Shown here piece by piece: positions 57,500-64,000 of a stretch of DNA of 64,000 nt (positions within the stretch are counted from its first letter, which is position 1; each line of letters opens with the position of its first letter). The notes under the pieces are model-generated. The model saw nothing but the letters and a program-made list of their open reading frames with translations. It ran no database searches and was not told the origin of the DNA. This DNA comes from Chrysomallon squamiferum (lineage: Eukaryota > Animalia > Mollusca), in assembly GCA_012295275.1 (NCBI GenBank), contig CM022665.1:49104001-49168000 (forward strand), given 5' to 3'. A program made the position numbers and the translations under genes.

Positions 57500-59537
57500 A
57501 CACAGTTGAGAAGAGACGAGACAGAACAGTTGAGAAGAGATGAGACAGAACAGTTGAGAAGTGATGAAACAGAACAGTTGAGAAGTGACGAGAGAGAACA
57601 GTTGAGAAGTGATGAGACAGAACAGTTGAGAAGTGAGAAGAGAGAACAGTTGAGAACTGAGAAGAGAGAACAGTTGAGAAGTGATGAGACAGAACAGTTG
57701 AGAAGTGACGAGAGAGAACAGTTGAGAACTGAGAAGAGAGAACAGTTGAGAACTGAAGAGAGAGAACAGTTGAGAACTGAAGAGAGAGAACAGTTGAGAA
57801 CTGAAGAGAGAGAACAGTTAAGAACTGAAGAGAGAGAACAGTTGAGAAGTGAAGAGAGAACAATTGAGAACTGAAGAGAGAACAGTTGAGAAGTGAAGAG
57901 AGAGAACAGTTGAGAAGTGAAGAGAGAACAATTCAGAACTAAAGAGAGAACATTTGAGAAGTGAAGAGAGAGAACAGTTGAGAAGTGAAGAGAGAACAGT
58001 TGAGAAGTGAAGAGAGAGAACAGTTGAGAAGTGAAGAGAGAACAATTGAGAACTGAGAAGAGAGAGAACAGTTGAGAACTGAGAAGAGACAGAACAGTTG
58101 AGAACTGAGAAGAGAGAGAACAGTTGAGAACTGAAGAGTGAACAGTTGAGAAGTGAAGAGAGGGAACAGTTGAGAAGTGAAGAGAGAGAACAGTTGAGAA
58201 GTGAAGAGAGAACAGTTGAGAAGTGAAGAGAGAACAGTTGAGAAGTGAAGAGAGAGAACAGTTGAGAAGTGAAGAGAGAACAGTTGAGAAATGAAGAGAG
58301 AGAACAGTTGAGAAGTGAAGAGAGAACAGTTGAAAAGTGAAGAGAGAGAACAGTTGAGAAGTGAAGATAGAACAGTTGAGAAGTGAAGAGAGAACAGTTG
58401 AGAAGTGAAGAGAGAGAACAGTTGAGAAGTGAAGAGAGAACAGTTGAGAAGTGAAGAGAGAGAACAGTTGAGAAGTGAAGAGAGAACAGTTGAAAAGTGA
58501 AGAGAGAAAGTTGAGAAGTGAAGAGAGAGAACAGTTGAGAAGTGAAGAGAGAGAACAGTTGAGAAGTGAAGAGAGAACAGTTGAGAAGTGAAGAGAGAAC
58601 AGTTGAGAAGTGAAGAGAGAGAACAGTTGAGAAGTGAAGAGAGAATAGTTGAGAAATGAAGAGAGAGAACAGTTGAGAAGTGAAGAGAGAACAGTTGAGA
58701 AGTGAAGAGAGAGAACAGTTGAGAAGTGAAGAGAGAACAGTTGAGAAGTGAAGAGAGAGAACAGTTGAGAAGTGAAGAGAGAACAGTTGAGAAGTGAAGA
58801 AAGAGAACAGTTGAGAAGTGAAGAGAGAACAGTTGAGAAGTGAAGAGAGAAAACAGTTGAGAAGTGAAGAGAGAATAGTTGAGAAGTGAAGAGAGAACAG
58901 TTGAGAAGTGAAGAGAGAGAACAGTTGAGAAGTGAAGAGAGAACAGTTGAGAAGTGAAGAGAGAACAGTTGAGAACTGAAGAGTGAACAGTTGAGAACTG
59001 AGAAGAGAGAGAACAGTTGAGAAGTGAAGAGAGAGAACAGTTGAGAAGTGATGAGAGAACAGTTGAGAAGTGAAGAGAGAACAGTTGAGAAGTGAAGAGA
59101 GAGAACAGTTGAGAAGTGAAGAGAGAACAGTTGAGAAGTGAAGAGAGAGAACAGTTGAGAAGTGAAGAGAGAACAGTTGAGAAGTGAAGAGACAACAGTG
59201 GAGAACTGAAGAGAGAATAGTTGAGAACTGAGAAGAGAGAGAACAGTTGAGAACTGAGAAGAGAACAGTTGAGAACTGAGAAGAGAGAGAACAGTTGAGA
59301 AGTGAAGAGATGGAACAGTTGAGAAGTGAAGAGAGAGAACAGTTGAGAAGTGAAGAGAGAACAGTTGAGAAGTGAAGAGAGAACAGTTGAGAAGTGAAGA
59401 TACAGAACAGTTGAGAAGTGAAGAGAGAGAATAGTTTAGAAGTGACGAGACAGAACAGTTGAGAACTGAAGACAGAACATTTGAGAAGAGATGAGTCAGA
59501 ACAGTTGAGAAACAATGAGTCAGAACAGTTGAGAAAC
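57500..59537. repeat. Purine-rich 22/24-bp minisatellite, ~2 kb (GAACAGTTGAGAAGTGAAGAGA(GA))n
   Basis: A directly visible array of roughly 85-90 units with mixed 22- and 24-bp monomers; the units are more degenerate at both ends. Confidence 0.97.
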
Positions 59538-62500
59538 ATAATTTCCTTGTTGTATTATTTCATTTTCGTTGTTATTGTATATCACAGTTCCACATAATAT
59601 TATTCTCCTGTTAAACTGCCGTGCGTATGTCTGTGTCTGTTTGTGTATCAGTGTGTTGTGTTGATTAGTGAGTAGAAATGTATACAATTATGAACAAGCT
59701 CATTTATGTGTACACAGGCAAAACACGTGATAGCACGTCCTGCTTTCACTGCGGCGGAGGTCTTTCTAATTGGATGCAGGGACAAAACCCTTACGTGGAA
59801 CACGCCAGATGGTTTCCAGAATGCGATTTCATCAGACATGTGAAGGGAGACAATTTTGTGGATTTGGTACAAGAAATGGATGAAAATGAAGAGCAGGTAA
59901 GTAGCTGACATTTTTAACTTTACCACGAAAATATTAAACTTGCATAAATATGTGTACCGGTGTTTTCACTAGGAATCAGAAATCGCTGGTGATGAGGAAG
60001 AAATTGAACCCGTTACGGTAAGTGAAAATCTGAGCACATGGTTCAAGAACTTCTGAGCAGATTAGATGTCAGTTCAGTGTTACCAGGATTGGAATCTGCT
60101 GGTAAGAGTTTGGTCACTAGATGTTGTGGTGTTGTTTTTAGTGATTCTCATCAAAGTTCTTCACAGCTTTGTGTCAATAATTTACTAATCTTTCAGCTGT
60201 CCAGTCTTCTATTTGAAAACTCCTTTTCATCATTGAAAACACCATGTCACAGCGACTACGTCGACGTACAAAGACGCATTTCGTCTTTTGAACAGCGGTG
60301 GCCTCATTCTGACAACCAGTCTCCGACAGAACTGGCAGAAGCCGGTTTCTTCTTCTCTGGTTAGTGCAACTCTTACTTAATTAGTAGAAATCTTCACATT
60401 TTAATAATCATTTGAAAATCTTCTTCCTCTAATTTATACTTCTACCATATAAATAGTTTTTATCTTAATGTTACTTTCAATAGCAACTTCAAATACTTGA
60501 CGTCTTAATAGTCACTGGAACATTTGTCCATTTTAATAGTCGTTTAAAATCTGACATTTCAATTGATTTTCAAAACGTTAGGTATTTTAACAATAATTTA
60601 GAATCTTTGACATTATAATACTGAATTCAATTTTTCACCATTTTAATCTTCATCTCGAATTTTAAAGTTCTGATAGAAATTTAGATTTTCATTTGTATAC
60701 GTATTTTAACTGTCGTTTGACTTTTTTGACAGTTAAATAGTTTTGTGAAGTTACTGACTGTTTGACAGTCTTTTGAAATTCTTTTCTATTTCCAAATTTT
60801 ACAGCACGAAATATACATTGTTACCAGTACTAGGCATCTGATTATTGTTACAGACGAAATAAATAAATAAATAAATAAATAAATTAATTTGAAAAGTCAC
60901 CTAAGAACTTGGAAGAAGAACAGAGCTTATTTTTAATTCACGACATTTGTCCGTATAGTTTATATTGCAATTTAGTTTCTAAATGTTCTATTCTGGCTGT
61001 TGCTGCTTTTTTTGTTGTTGTTTTTATTATGAAACTCAGTATGAACATTTGTCTGACTTTAGTTAAAAGGAAACAAAAAATAACAAGAAGAACAAAAATA
61101 TAAAACACAAACATAATTTCTTTGTTGTATTATTTCATTTTCGTTGTTATTGTATATCACAGTTCCACATAATATTATTCTCCTGTTAAACTGCCGTGCG
61201 TATGTCTGTGTCTGTTTGTGTGTCAGTGTGTTGTGTTGATTAGTGAGTAGAAATGTATACAATTATGAACAAGCTCATTTATGTGTACACAGGCAAAACA
61301 CGTGATAGCACGTCCTGCTTTCACTGCGGCGGAGGTCTTTCTAATTGGATGCAGGGACAAAACCCTTACGTGGAACACGCCAGATGGTTTCCAGAATGCG
61401 ATTTCATCAGACATGTGAAGGGAGACAATTTTGTGGATTTGGTACAAGAAATGGATGAAAATGAAGAGCAGGTAAGTAGCTGACATTTTTAACTTTACCA
61501 CGAAAATATTAAACTTGCATAAATATGTGTACCGGTGTTTTCACTAGGAATCAGAAATCGCTGGTGATGAGGAAGAAATTGAACCCGTTACGGTAAGTGA
61601 AAATCTGAGCACATGGTTCAAGAACTTCTGAGCAGATTAGATGTCAGTTCAGTGTTACCAGGATTGGAATCTGCTGGTAAGAGTTTGGTCACTAGATGTT
61701 GTTGTGGTCTTTTTAGTGATTCTCATCAAAGTTCTTCACAGCTTTGCGACAATAATTTACTAATCTTTCAGCTGTCCAGTCTTCTATTTGAACACTCCTT
61801 TTCATCAGCCCCGCCATTGAAAACACCATGTCACAGCGACTACGTCGACGTACAAAGACGCATTTCGTCTTTTGAACAGCGGTGGCCTCATTCTGACAAC
61901 CAGTCTCCGACAGAACTGGCAGAAGCCGGTTTCTTCTTCTCTGGTTAGTGCAACTCTTACTTAATTAGTAGAAATCTTCACATTTTAATAATCATTTGAA
62001 AATCTTCTTCCTCTAATTTATACTTCTACCATATAAATAGTTTTTATCTTAATGTTACTTTCAATAGCAACTTCAAATACTTGACGTCTTAATAGTCACT
62101 GGAACATTTGTCCATTTTAATAGTCGTTTAAAATCTGACATTTCAATTGATTTTCAAAACGTTAGGTATTTTAACAATAATTTAGAATCTTTGACATTAT
62201 AATACTGAATTCAATTTTTCACCATTTTAATCTTCATCTCGAATTTTAAAGTTCTGATAGAAATTTAGATTTTCATTTGTATACGTATTTTAACTGTCGT
62301 TTGACTTTTTGACAGTTAAATAGTTTTTGTGAAGTTACTGACTGTTTGACAGTCTTTTGAAATTCTTTTCTATTTCCAAATTTTACAGCACGAAATATAC
62401 ATTGTTACCAGTACTAGGCATCTGATTATTGTTACAGACGAAATAAATAAATAAATAAATAAATAAATTAATTTGAAAAGTCACCTAAGAACTTGGAAGA

Positions 62501-64000
62501 AGAACAGAGCTTATTTTTAATTCACGACATTTGTCCGTATAGTTTATATTGCAATTTAGTTTCTAAATGTTCTATTCTGGCTGTTGCTGCTTTTTTTGTT
62601 GTTGTTTTTATTATGAAACTCAGTATGAACATTTGTCTGACTTTAGTTAAAAGGAAACAAAAAATAACAAGAAGAACAAAAATATAAAACACAAACATAA
62701 TTTCTTTGTTGTATTATTTCATTTTCGTTGTTATTGTATATCACAGTTCCACATAATATTATTCTCCTGTTAAACTGCCGTGCGTATGTCTGTGTCTGTT
62801 TGTGTGTCAGTGTGTTGTGTTGATTAGTGAGTAGAAATGTATACAATTATGAACAAGCTCATTTATGTGTACACAGGCAAAACACGTGATAGCACGTCCT
62901 GCTTTCACTGCGGCGGAGGTCTTTCTAATTGGATGCAGGGACAAAACCCTTACGTGGAACACGCCAGATGGTTTCCAGAATGCGATTTCATCAGACATGT
63001 GAAGGGAGACAATTTTGTGGATTTGGTACAAGAAATGGATGAAAATGAAGAGCAGGTAAGTAGCTGACATTTTTAACTTTACCACGAAAATATTAAACTT
63101 GCATAAATATGTGTACCGGTGTTTTCACTAGGAATCAGAAATCGCTGGTGATGAGGAAGAAATTGAACCCGTTACGGTAAGTGAAAATCTGAGCACATGG
63201 TTCAAGAACTTCTGAGCAGATTAGATGTCAGTTCAGTGTTACCAGGATTGGAATCTGCTGGTAAGAGTTTGGTCACTAGATGTTGTTGTGGTCTTTTAGT
63301 GATTCTCATCAAAGTTCTTCACAGCTTTGCGACAATAATTTACTAATCTTTCAGCTGTCCAGTCTTCTATTTGAACACTCCTTTTCATCAGCCCCGCCAT
63401 TGAAAACACCATGTCACAGCGACTACGTCGACGTACAAAGACGCATTTCGTCTTTTGAACAGCGGTGGCCTCATTCTGACAACCAGTCTCCGACAGAACT
63501 GGCAGAAGCCGGTTTCTTCTTCTCTGGTTAGTGCAACTCTTACTTAATTAGTAGAAATCTTCACATTTTAATAATCATTTGAAAATCTTCTTCCTCTAAT
63601 TTATACTTCTACCATATAAATAGTTTTTATCTTAATGTTACTTTCAATAGCAACTTCAAATACTTGACGTCTTAATAGTCACTGGAACATTTGTCCATTT
63701 TAATAGTCGTTTAAAATCTGACATTTCAATTGATTTTCAAAACGTTAGGTATTTTAACAATAATTTAGAATCTTTGACATTATAATACTGAATTCAATTT
63801 TTCACCATTTTAATCTTCATCTCGAATTTTAAAGTTCTGATAGAAATTTAGATTTTCATTTGTATACGTATTTTAACTGTCGTTTGACTTTTTGACAGTT
63901 AAATAGTTCTGTGAAGTTACTGACTGTTTGACAGTCTTTTGAAATTTTTTCTATTTCCAAATTTTACAGCACGAAATATACATTGTTACCAGTACTAGGC
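59534..64000 (+). repeat. Near-identical ~1.58-kb tandem duplication (periods 1575 and 1584; third copy runs off the window)
   Basis: Identical ORFs at 59678, 61253 and 62837. Unit 1 lacks a 9-nt in-frame segment (APP) present in units 2 and 3. Confidence 0.96.
59718..63526 (+). CDS. Inhibitor-of-apoptosis (BIR-domain) protein exons, tandemly repeated; partial
   Basis: Unit 1 exons: 59718-59896, 59973-60017, 60087-60101, 60197-60359. Unit 2: 61293-61471, 61548-61592, 61662-61676, 61772-61943. Unit 3: 62877-63055, 63132-63176, 63246-63260, 63355-63526. Phases 1-0-0-0-1 give one continuous ORF. The BIR reads [10 protein letters not shown]...[10 protein letters not shown]|[18 protein letters not shown]...[12 protein letters not shown] (C-x2-C-x16-H-x6-C). 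Confidence 0.9.

Noticed and set aside
57500-59537. CRISPR-like array
   Set aside because: Head-to-tail monomers without unique spacers, no cas genes, and a eukaryotic context.
57399-59539. Long ORFs (573, 418, 154 aa minus; 122 aa plus EQLR repeats)
   Set aside because: They are translations of the 22/24-bp satellite. The pyrimidine-rich strand is open in several frames, and mixed unit lengths shift the frame.
59678-63531. Three separate small IAP genes starting at the ORF-track Met codons
   Set aside because: Those starts are intronic. The conserved parts are bounded by AG/GT sites and join in frame across units.

Overview
AT-rich, intron-rich animal genomic DNA with many microsatellites and GT-AG introns. 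It is probably a mollusc, judging from a gastropod-type SINE remnant and the IAP array; this is an inference. All exon models were reconstructed by hand from splice sites and reading-frame continuity. The left 26 kb is an ordinary gene-dense block: ZFYVE21 (-, 7 exons), a signal-peptide/Kelch/transmembrane protein (+, 2 exons), TRMT61A (-, 3 exons) and an 11-exon LRR protein with a BC-box and Zn-motif tail (-). The right 37 kb is an accessory locus that the ORF track mostly misses. It holds duplicated 5'-UTR blocks (27-33 kb), an ATG exon (33759) and a ~24-kb array of related intron units. The array carries 19 intact symmetric phase-1 micro-exons (42/51/78/81 nt, all open in one frame) and 8 dead copies. 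In three sister-exon pairs every difference is non-synonymous, and where the flanking introns were compared they are nearly identical. A 2-kb purine-rich minisatellite follows, then at least three near-identical ~1.58-kb units that splice into a continuous multi-BIR IAP frame. The first BIR exon is phase-compatible with the micro-exons. The main candidate novel system is a diversifying micro-exon cassette array, possibly the variable N-terminus of an expanding IAP. Transcript data are needed to confirm it.
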